Positions 27,193 to 35,528 of a DNA stretch of 44,230 nucleotides are shown piece after piece. Source of the stretch: an uncultured Rhodopirellula sp. (GTDB lineage: Bacteria; Planctomycetota; Planctomycetia; Pirellulales; Pirellulaceae); assembly GCA_964007735.1 (NCBI GenBank), contig CAXGAI010000041.1, forward strand, positions 1-44,230, in the 5' to 3' direction. A model generated the notes under the pieces. That model searched no databases. It saw nothing but the letters and a program-made list of their open reading frames with translations, and was not told where the DNA came from. A program made the translations under genes and the position numbers. The first letter of the stretch is position 1. Each line of letters starts with the position of its first letter.

Positions 27193-28434
27193 TCATTTGC
27201 TGTTTGGTATTGTCAGCTTGCTTTCCAAACGTTGCAGAATCAGTTCAAGCCGTTGCTTGCGGCCGGGGGCTTGTTTGTCGAGTGGACTTACAGATTCTCG
27301 CTGGAACGGATCTTTGATAAGGTCGTGGAAATTCCCGTCACTATCCAAGAAATGTTGCCAATCTCGAATCATATGAACGTTACCGGCACGGGCGTAGATC
27401 CAGTTTCGCTTTTCGAATGGATCTTCAACTCCCTTGAGGCTGGGGACAAAGGTGCGGCCGTCTAATTGATGGTTGTCAAGATTGGTGTTTGACGTAAGTT
27501 CTAAGATCGTGGGAGCAAGATCCGTGAAATCAATTAAATCGCGTGTCACATGCCCACCCTCACTCAGGAAAGGAGCCTGGACGATGAAGGGGACAAGCAC
27601 CTTCGAATTTGTAGCTGGGTTTCTGTCCGCAAGATCCTTTGCGGGAGGAGATGTGGTCTTCGTGGCCAATCCGTGAATGGAAGTAAAAACTAATAATGTA
27701 TTCTCTGTTTGTCCGCTCTCTTCGAGAGAATCAAGTAAATCACCTAGAAACTGGTCAACATCGCCGGCGCGACTTATTGGACTTGTTGATTGCTGATGGG
27801 TCTCATCATCAAGTGTAACGGGCCGAGGAGAGAGCATTGGATAATAGAGAAAAAATGGTTTGTCTAAGGGGGTGCTAAGGAAGTCAATAAGAAATGCGTT
27901 GATTGCTTTCCCAGCATTCTCCACCGATCGTTCCCTTCCATTTACGACAATTGTTTGAGGCCCTTTTTGATTCCGAAGAGAGCTTTCCAAAATGCAGTGC
28001 TGATCAAAACCGTTGGCGATGAGAGATTCTTGCACCGGAGTAAGGCCATCAGTAGCCCACTTTCCAGCAGCAAGAGTTAAGTACCCGGTTTTGCGTAGAA
28101 TGGTTGCGACAGTTATGTCGGGTGATCGCGTCTTTTCAGGCTCAACGAGAATGGAAGTGGAAGCCTCTGTCGGACTATTGCCGGTTGTTGGATATTTCCC
28201 CGACAACAAAGCTCGTTGTGATAAGTGAAACGTAGGCATAGCCCACGCAATCTGGTATCGAGTGCCTTGTTTCTGTAGGCGGGCAAGGTTGGGTGTTTGT
28301 GTATCTGTTCCATAACTCCCAAGTTCATCGCGAGGCACATCGCTGGAAAGGACGAGAATCACATTGGGATGACTATGGGCCTCTAGACTTTCAGAGATGA
28401 AAAGAAGGAACACTGTGGTTAGGAAAAGTCTCAT
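27193..28434 (-). CDS. Sulfatase-fold protein lacking the formylglycine motif
   Basis: PNVILV, LGSYG, TPNL, LLSGKYP, GYLTLAAGKW, PFFLYYPM and DFTDLAPT are sulfatase-like, but no C/S-x-P-x-R is present. ATGA overlap with the upstream gene. Confidence 0.8.
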   Translation of the reverse strand: MRLFLTTVFLLFISESLEAHSHPNVILVLSSDVPRDELGSYGTDTQTPNLARLQKQGTRYQIAWAMPTFHLSQRALLSGKYPTTGNSPTEASTSILVEPEKTRSPDITVATILRKTGYLTLAAGKWATDGLTPVQESLIANGFDQHCILESSLRNQKGPQTIVVNGRERSVENAGKAINAFLIDFLSTPLDKPFFLYYPMLSPRPVTLDDETHQQSTSPISRAGDVDQFLGDLLDSLEESGQTENTLLVFTSIHGLATKTTSPPAKDLADRNPATNSKVLVPFIVQAPFLSEGGHVTRDLIDFTDLAPTILELTSNTNLDNHQLDGRTFVPSLKGVEDPFEKRNWIYARAGNVHMIRDWQHFLDSDGNFHDLIKDPFQRESVSPLDKQAPGRKQRLELILQRLESKLTIPNSK

Positions 28435-30869
28435 TTGCTGTTAAACGCCCTGCTGGCAACTATGAAATGGATGAGTTGACGTAAGCTATAGTTGTGTTTT
28501 GGTAATTGCTTGACGACCCGATCGATATCGGCTCGGTCTGTAAAACTTAAACGGCGCCCCAAGGCATAAACCAGCAGTTTTTCGGTTAGACAGCGTGTAA
28601 ATTGATCTGGGCGAGCCAAAATATATTCCTTAATACCTGTCGGGCCTTTCAGGATCGTCCCTTCAGATAGCTGAACGGATGAATCGATGGATAAGCCTTT
28701 GCTATAAATACTACGCCAACTCCCCAGATGATCGTAGTTTTCCAATGCAAGGCCGAACGGGTCAATTTTTCGATGGCATTCATAGCATGTCGCTATCTTA
28801 CGATGTTTCTCCATCATTTCGCGGATTGTGGTAACACCACGGGTATCTGGCTCCAGGGGCTCTATATCGGGAGGTGGTGGGTTAGGATGCACTCCAAGTA
28901 AATTCTCCAATACCCATATACCGCGGGTTACTGGTAGTGTCTCAACTCCGTTAGACGTGGAAGTTAAGATGCTTCCGTGGCCAAGTAAACCACCTCGTAC
29001 CGTCGATTCCGGTATCAGAACTTTTCTAAAAGAATCGCCTTCTTCGAACGGTATGCCATAATGAGTGGCTAATGCGGAATTAAGAAAGGTATAGTCGGAA
29101 TCGATGAACTCCAGGATGCTGCGGTTTTGCTGCAAAATATGGGAGAAGTACAGTTCGGTTTCACGACGCATCGCGTCCTCCAGGTTATTCGCGTAGTACT
29201 CTCTGTTTTTCTCCGGGTCGGGAGGCATGGTTCCTAATTTTCGCAGATTCAACCACTGACCGGTAAAGTTGTCTACAAAGGCAGAAGCTTTGTCATTCAA
29301 CAGCATCCTCTCAACATGTGCCCGAATAACCTTGGGGTTGTTTAGCGTGCCCCGGTCAGCTTCACTGCGCAACGCACGATCAGGCATGGAACTCCATAAA
29401 AAGTAGGAAAGCCTCGTAGCTAATTCGTGTTGAGTAAGCCTGAAGTCACTGGCCAACTCTTCCCTGTCAGTGGTTTCGGGTTCCACGAGATAGAGGAAGT
29501 GAGGTGATGTAAGTAAAGCCTGCACCCCGTATCTGGCCGCATTCCAATAGTCTCCATATTTGTCATAGTGGTTCCGCGTCAGTGTCGTATACGACTCAAT
29601 TTCTTCGTGGTTTACCGGACGGCGAAACGCCTCTGACGCGAGCCTTAACAAAGACTGGTCAAGATAATCTAACTCCGGTGACTGAGGTGGATCCGGAAAG
29701 TATCTGGAGAAACCTTTTGGAGGCCAGTCTTTATAAAATGGGCCTTCTATTTCGAGCGATTTCACATGGAGTTCGGGGCCTGAACCGACATACATCTCAG
29801 GGGGGTTGCGCACTAGTAATAGCGCATCGGGATTATATTTTGGTAGTACTTTACGCATGATCCGCTTAAATGATCCCTCCGGGCCATTTGCCCAGTGTAC
29901 AGAAATGGTAAATCCCTTTTGAAGCCAAAGGCGGTGTTCGATTTCCACCGACCGGTCATCGGGAATTTCGTATTCAGCGACGATGCTCTGGGAAGTCGGG
30001 CCGAGTTCACGAGACTGTATTGAGATTGAAAGTCGCATTGGTTGGCTGGAATCGTAGCGTAAGTCCTCGTCCTTATAACGAGATTGCCTTCTTACCGCAC
30101 ATGCCGTAAAAGTGATAGCGTATTCGCCGTCGGCTGGCACCCCACTTTTGTTCAAGTCGGGAATGACGAGGGGTTGCCGGAATTTTATAAACAGCCTCCC
30201 GGAATCAATCCTCCCGTCTTTATCAGGAGTTGAGATGGCCGAGGCAGGAGCCGAAGAGAATTGGCCCCCAATACCGTAGTGTACTATTTGGGGCCGCGGA
30301 CCTGGCCGTATGACCTTCATTGCGATTGTCCGTGCTGAATCTAGGTAGTTCTGTAAAAGATAATCCGAGGTAACGAGTCCTTCGCCTACATTGTCGAAGC
30401 CATCGGTGACGCTGTCGGCTGGGAACGTAACGGTGGGATCGAAGCCTGTCATTTCCAGATCGAATAGATCACGGATGGTGTTTCGGTATTCGATACGGTT
30501 AAGCCTTCGGAGAACGACATTGCCTGAAGTGCGACGGGTTTCTTCCCTCAATTTGGCTAGCGAGCTAGTTAGAGACGCAACTGCCTGCTGAATTTCACTG
30601 GCAGACGGTTGAGCTTCCCCTTCAGGAGGCATTGTACCGAGATTTAGTTGGTCCACGATGTCTTGTAGAAGCCCGGCATCAGTCAAACCAATATTGCTAA
30701 AATCGAGTTGGTCGAAACGGCGATCCGCTTTTTGACTTTTCAAGCCGTGACACCGAAGGCAATGAGAAGAAAGAAACGACTGAACTCTTGTCTGCTCGGG
30801 TTCGACTGCACGGGCGTGACAGCTTAGTAGCAGAATGAAAACCATTGGAAGGAATGGGCGTATCGTCAT
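28431..30869 (-). CDS. Planctomycete cytochrome c protein with DUF1587/1595/1592/1588/1585 domains (copy 1)
   Basis: CLRCH, MPP, RRLNRIEYRNTIRDL, ELATRLSYFLWSSMPD, RGGLLG, CYECHRKIDPFG and YALGR. Confidence 0.92.
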   Translation of the reverse strand: MTIRPFLPMVFILLLSCHARAVEPEQTRVQSFLSSHCLRCHGLKSQKADRRFDQLDFSNIGLTDAGLLQDIVDQLNLGTMPPEGEAQPSASEIQQAVASLTSSLAKLREETRRTSGNVVLRRLNRIEYRNTIRDLFDLEMTGFDPTVTFPADSVTDGFDNVGEGLVTSDYLLQNYLDSARTIAMKVIRPGPRPQIVHYGIGGQFSSAPASAISTPDKDGRIDSGRLFIKFRQPLVIPDLNKSGVPADGEYAITFTACAVRRQSRYKDEDLRYDSSQPMRLSISIQSRELGPTSQSIVAEYEIPDDRSVEIEHRLWLQKGFTISVHWANGPEGSFKRIMRKVLPKYNPDALLLVRNPPEMYVGSGPELHVKSLEIEGPFYKDWPPKGFSRYFPDPPQSPELDYLDQSLLRLASEAFRRPVNHEEIESYTTLTRNHYDKYGDYWNAARYGVQALLTSPHFLYLVEPETTDREELASDFRLTQHELATRLSYFLWSSMPDRALRSEADRGTLNNPKVIRAHVERMLLNDKASAFVDNFTGQWLNLRKLGTMPPDPEKNREYYANNLEDAMRRETELYFSHILQQNRSILEFIDSDYTFLNSALATHYGIPFEEGDSFRKVLIPESTVRGGLLGHGSILTSTSNGVETLPVTRGIWVLENLLGVHPNPPPPDIEPLEPDTRGVTTIREMMEKHRKIATCYECHRKIDPFGLALENYDHLGSWRSIYSKGLSIDSSVQLSEGTILKGPTGIKEYILARPDQFTRCLTEKLLVYALGRRLSFTDRADIDRVVKQLPKHNYSLRQLIHFIVASRAFNSK

Positions 30870-32143
30870 ATTAGCAACTCGTTCAAATCGCCGGTGCTTG
30901 TGGCGAACTGTTCTTTTTCTACTCCCAGTCGCTGCAGGATAGTGACGAAAAGATCAGATAAAGGACGCCCATCGTATCCGGCTCTCTGGAATTGATGATG
31001 ACTTCCATGTCGGAAGTTACCACCTGCCAGCATGATGGGTAGATTGCGACTTGAGTGAGTACTGGCATTCCCCATACCACTGCCAAATAACACGATCGTC
31101 GACTCCAGTAACGGTTTTCCGTGGCTGTCGGGCGTGTCTTTGAGACTTTGTAGAAATCGAGCTAATTGTTTGATGTAAAACGTTTCGATGATCGCCAGCT
31201 CTTTAATGATTTCAGGGCGTTGTCCGTGATGTGTTAGCGAATGATACCCGAGTGAAATCCCATCAAATGGGAACAGACGGTTGCCACCTGGATGCCCGAA
31301 AGATATCACATTGGTCGAGTTTGTTTGCAACGCAAGTACCATTAAATCGTACATGACTGCGATATTGTAGGGATACGCGAGGTCGATGATCGACTCGGAC
31401 TGATCATCACCGCGAATCACATTGGTATTGATCTTTGGCTTGGGACGATCAAGCCACTGATTGCGGCGGTGTAGCTTGCGTTCCACCTCCCTGATGGCGG
31501 TTAGATACTGGTCGAGTTTACTTTGATCCTCTTTGCCTAACTTCCGAGTTAGTTGATTAGCATCCTGGCGCACCACATCCAGAATACTGCTGTCATCAAC
31601 AATAAATTGGCGGATTTGCTGTTTGGCCCGAGGGGTATCCTCGGAGAATAACCTGGAATAAACACTGACCGGATTCGCTTCAGACGGCAATTTAATTCCT
31701 GCTCGGGACCAGGAGAACCCTCCCGCACCTAATCTTAGATTTGAAAACCGATTAGTACGACCGATCGTTTCGCCCAGAAACTCATCGAGTGTATGCAGTT
31801 GCTGAGGAGTATCTTTTGAGGATTTTAATTCCATCCCATTGAGGAAAGTATCGGAGCACCCGTGCCCTCCCCCGACTCCCGGATGATCGAGATTTGAGAA
31901 GATAGTGATTTGCTCACGATGAGGTTCTAAAGACGTTAGGGAAGAAGGTAATTGATAATCAGAACCGGTCTCGACGGGAAAAAATCCCTGCGGGTACATG
32001 CCGTAATTAGAGGCAATGCAGACGAACCGTTTAGAGTTGGTCGTAGTGTTAGAGGCGTCCGTCTGGGTGCCCAGTGACTCAAAGGCTGGCAAAGCGAGTT
32101 GAATTCCGGCGGCTCGTAGAAATAGTCGACGGTCAAAGCCCAT
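30866..32143 (-). CDS. DUF1552 (HxxSHH) family protein (copy 1)
   Basis: Tat-like FDRRLFL; KLDQYLTAIREVE, YHSLTHH, GSGMG and NLPIMLAGG. Confidence 0.92.
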   Translation of the reverse strand: MGFDRRLFLRAAGIQLALPAFESLGTQTDASNTTTNSKRFVCIASNYGMYPQGFFPVETGSDYQLPSSLTSLEPHREQITIFSNLDHPGVGGGHGCSDTFLNGMELKSSKDTPQQLHTLDEFLGETIGRTNRFSNLRLGAGGFSWSRAGIKLPSEANPVSVYSRLFSEDTPRAKQQIRQFIVDDSSILDVVRQDANQLTRKLGKEDQSKLDQYLTAIREVERKLHRRNQWLDRPKPKINTNVIRGDDQSESIIDLAYPYNIAVMYDLMVLALQTNSTNVISFGHPGGNRLFPFDGISLGYHSLTHHGQRPEIIKELAIIETFYIKQLARFLQSLKDTPDSHGKPLLESTIVLFGSGMGNASTHSSRNLPIMLAGGNFRHGSHHQFQRAGYDGRPLSDLFVTILQRLGVEKEQFATSTGDLNELLI

Positions 32144-32206
32144 GATTTACACCAAGTTAAATAGGTAGCCGAGATCAAAAGAAAAACAAGTTATTAGCAA
32201 CGGTGA

Positions 32207-32524
32207 CTATAACCCAACATTATATTGTCCCTGATTATTAGATGCCAGTGATACACCATGCGTTCCCCTTGATTTGGAACTCCAGCCAGGTTGTGACCTG
32301 GTATTTTGTTTGATAGTTTTGTTAATCGCTTGTTTACCGGCTTGAGCTTGAGGACTGGCGGCGGTTACAGACAGCGACGCAGTGTGTGTCGTAACGATGC
32401 CTGCCGTCGCATCCGGTTCCTCGAAACTATCGATCGTCAGCGTGATTGGTGACTGTGCCAGCGTTGGACCTGCAAAGGACTGCAGCATCAATAGGATGGC
32501 GAATGGGAAAAAGGAGTGTCTCAT
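32207..32524 (-). CDS. Short secreted hypothetical protein or truncated gene remnant
   Basis: Signal peptide MRHSFFPFAILLMLQSFAGPTLA, then about 80 aa; the 3' half looks less protein-like. Confidence 0.45.
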   Translation of the reverse strand: MRHSFFPFAILLMLQSFAGPTLAQSPITLTIDSFEEPDATAGIVTTHTASLSVTAASPQAQAGKQAINKTIKQNTRSQPGWSSKSRGTHGVSLASNNQGQYNVGL

Positions 32525-32637
32525 TGCTTGAATACGTCCGGTCGCTGACGGAAATAAACGTATGAATACGTAAAATTGCAAAGTTGTATTATATCAGCCA
32601 AAGACTGATGGATTGCCGCATCTTCGATGTTGTTGAT

Positions 32638-33687
32638 TTAGAGCGAGATTTGTGTGGCCTGCTCCGATGACTCGAGCATTGCGATAATCGCGGCCACGGC
32701 TGCTCTGCCATCAGCGGCGGTTCCGCACCCGGTTTGTTCTCCCTGAATCCTCCCGATAAAGGCCGACATCTGATCAGTATAGGCTTGCATGCGGCCATCG
32801 GAAACGAAGGCCTGAGAGGCGTCGTCGAATGCGACCTTCGGCTGTTCATACACTACTTCAGTCTTCCCATCTTTCCCGAGGACGATTTGACCGAAGGGAT
32901 TTGCATCAATGACTCCTTCGTCACCCATGATCCTGAACCGGAAATCCTCGTTGTCAAAGCCGGGAGTGGGGCAAACGCTTGACGACCAGAATTGAGCCAT
33001 GAGGCCATCGCTAAACTCCCAGAGTGCCATCGTAGTGTTTTCATTTGGATTAGTCTCGCGGAAGGTACCACAATGTGCTGTGACCTTACAAATGTCCTGT
33101 CCGGTCCACCAGCGGCAGAGATCGATATTATGTGGCCCGCTATTAAGGATATGCCCTTTACTACGAGGGTCGGACCACCAGTTCCAGGCACCACCAAAGC
33201 CCTCGTCGTTTCTTAAAGCCTGGATGTCGAACAATGCTGCCATCTGAATGCACCGTACGGGACCGATCTTCCCGGCGGCGATTAGCGACTGTACGGTCTG
33301 ATTAGATTGACGGAATCGCTGATGGTAGCCCACCGCGAGAGTCAGTCCCCGCGTCTCAAAAGCATCAATGAGTTTGTCACAATCCTCGAGGCTCGTTGCA
33401 AGGGGTTTCTCAATTAATGCGTGTTTTCCTGCCTCAGCTGCCAACAATGCTTCCTCGAAGTGAACGTGATGCGGTGTCGTGATGACCACGGCGTCGATGT
33501 CATCACGCTCGATCAACTCTTTGGTATTGAGAGAACAGGCAATGCCATAATCATCTGCCAAACCTTTGCTCCGGCTTCCCCCTGCAACCGCTGTTATTGC
33601 TGCTCGTGGAGAACGCCTGGCGGCCTCGGTATGCGTTCGACCCATGAATCCCGAGCCGGTCACACCAATTCGTATATGTCCTGTCAT
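32638..33687 (-). CDS. Gfo/Idh/MocA family oxidoreductase
   Basis: GVTGSGFMG, DAVVITTPHHVH, GKHALIEKPLA and GPHNIDL. Confidence 0.92.
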   Translation of the reverse strand: MTGHIRIGVTGSGFMGRTHTEAARRSPRAAITAVAGGSRSKGLADDYGIACSLNTKELIERDDIDAVVITTPHHVHFEEALLAAEAGKHALIEKPLATSLEDCDKLIDAFETRGLTLAVGYHQRFRQSNQTVQSLIAAGKIGPVRCIQMAALFDIQALRNDEGFGGAWNWWSDPRSKGHILNSGPHNIDLCRWWTGQDICKVTAHCGTFRETNPNENTTMALWEFSDGLMAQFWSSSVCPTPGFDNEDFRFRIMGDEGVIDANPFGQIVLGKDGKTEVVYEQPKVAFDDASQAFVSDGRMQAYTDQMSAFIGRIQGEQTGCGTAADGRAAVAAIIAMLESSEQATQISL

Positions 33688-33929
33688 GTTTGTTTATGCC
33701 CTTTGAAGTGTGCTATCCGTCAATTGTAGCGTGTCGCAGATTGAAATATATGGAATCTCTAGGTGTCCTCCGCCAGTAGCTCTGTTGGCCGCGAAGTAGT
33801 CAGGCCAGCAGCGTCCGTATTGTTACAAGGTGTTAAAGGACTTCAAACTCGCTATGCCAAGCAGTATTATAGGAGGTGCAATCAACGCTGGGCCCGGGGT
33901 TAACCTTAGATCGATTGGAAACCAAGAGA

Positions 33930-35405
33930 ATGTTAATCAAGTGGATCGGTACCGTCCTACTTTTACTCACTTCAACCCAACTTTCAGCGCAAGATCCCGT
34001 GAAACGTGCTGCCAGTGACGAAGTAACGGCAACCTATGAAGGTGTACGGACTTCGCAGATCAAAAAATATCCGATTGGAGTTTTCGATTCGGGTACAGGT
34101 GGCTTAACGATTTTGGAACAGATTCTCAAATCCGACGGATTTAATAATCGCACTCATCATCCACTAGGAGATGGCAAAACTGATTTCGAAAAAGAATCGT
34201 TCATCTTTCTTGCCGATCAAGCCAACATGCCCTACGGGAACTACCCGGTCATCAGGAAGGAGCAATTTCTGGACGACTTGATTGTGAAAGACGCTGATTT
34301 CTTAATGGGCAAAGACTATTTCAGTCTGTCAGGACAAAAACGTCAGTGGGGTAAAACACCGGTAAAAGCGATTGTGATTGCCTGTAATACGGCAACCGCC
34401 TATGGACAGGCTGATATTGAACAGGTCGTGGCGGCTGCCGGTTTGGACATTAAAGTGATTGGCGTCATTGATGCGGGTGCTAAAGGCGCGATTGAAGTTT
34501 TAGCGGAAGGGGAAGATGCCAGTATCGCGGTGGTACCAACCAAAGGAACGGTCCTTTCAGGCGCTTATCCTGAGGCAATAAAGACAAATGCAGCACAAAA
34601 AAAACTTAACCAGAAAATCACGGTGTTTCAGCAGGGCGCCTTTGGCTTGGCGGGATCCATTGATGGCGCGCGAGAGTTCATTCAAAACGGCAAAAAAGAT
34701 AACTCACCCCGGGGCGATTATCGAGGCCCGTCCCCGGGTAATGAAGAGGCTCCGATTGACCTTGCTATCCTTCGTCGTTACGGCTTCGACTTCACCGGAA
34801 ACCGCATGTTATTCAACGGAACGGGGCAGGTACGAACTGACATTCAACTAAACTCAGTGGAAAATTATATAGCTTATCACCTAACGACCCTGATGGAACA
34901 AATGCGTCAGGCAGGGGAGGCTCCACCTCTCAAATCAGTGGTGATGGGATGTACCCATTTCCCGTTTTATCAGGAGGCATTTGCTGACGAGTTGCGGCGT
35001 TTAAGAAATTACAAAGAGAACGGTGAGTATGTTTACCGACGGTTCATGGCCGAAGAAATTAAATTGATAGACCCGGCGTTCTTTACGGCACGAGAGCTAT
35101 ACGAAAGCCTGGCTGAAGATGAAAGGCTCAATAGTAGGGCTGGTAATTCTCAGCGAACAAGAGGTGAGTTCTATGTGACCGTTCCCTCGGAAGGTTTGAA
35201 TAGTAAGAACCTCAATGATGTCGGCGGATTTAATTACGACTTTAAATACGGTCGTTTATCAGGGGAAGTGAATTCTGATTTTCGAGCGGTTCCGTTTGAT
35301 GAATCTAATCTCGGAGCGGTTGTACTCAAGCGACTTCAGAACCGGGTGCCCACCGTCTGGTCACTGCTCTCTGAATTCCGCGATAAGAGTGACAAGGTAA
35401 AATAA
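33930..35405 (+). CDS. Asp/Glu racemase (MurI-like) with signal peptide and insertions
   Basis: IGVFDSGTGGLT, DQANMPYG, IACNTATA and MGCTHFP. ATG 33930 gives the signal peptide MLIKWIGTVLLLLTSTQLSA. Confidence 0.87.
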   Translation: MLIKWIGTVLLLLTSTQLSAQDPVKRAASDEVTATYEGVRTSQIKKYPIGVFDSGTGGLTILEQILKSDGFNNRTHHPLGDGKTDFEKESFIFLADQANMPYGNYPVIRKEQFLDDLIVKDADFLMGKDYFSLSGQKRQWGKTPVKAIVIACNTATAYGQADIEQVVAAAGLDIKVIGVIDAGAKGAIEVLAEGEDASIAVVPTKGTVLSGAYPEAIKTNAAQKKLNQKITVFQQGAFGLAGSIDGAREFIQNGKKDNSPRGDYRGPSPGNEEAPIDLAILRRYGFDFTGNRMLFNGTGQVRTDIQLNSVENYIAYHLTTLMEQMRQAGEAPPLKSVVMGCTHFPFYQEAFADELRRLRNYKENGEYVYRRFMAEEIKLIDPAFFTARELYESLAEDERLNSRAGNSQRTRGEFYVTVPSEGLNSKNLNDVGGFNYDFKYGRLSGEVNSDFRAVPFDESNLGAVVLKRLQNRVPTVWSLLSEFRDKSDKVK

Positions 35406-35528
35406 GACACCTAGCTAGAATGACTCAAACTGGAGTATAAGCCGGCTTTGACATTGTCGATCGCTCTTGGCACTTTCGAAGAGAGATAGCGAATGATGCC
35501 TCTAAATAATCAACAGACTAAAGCCAGA

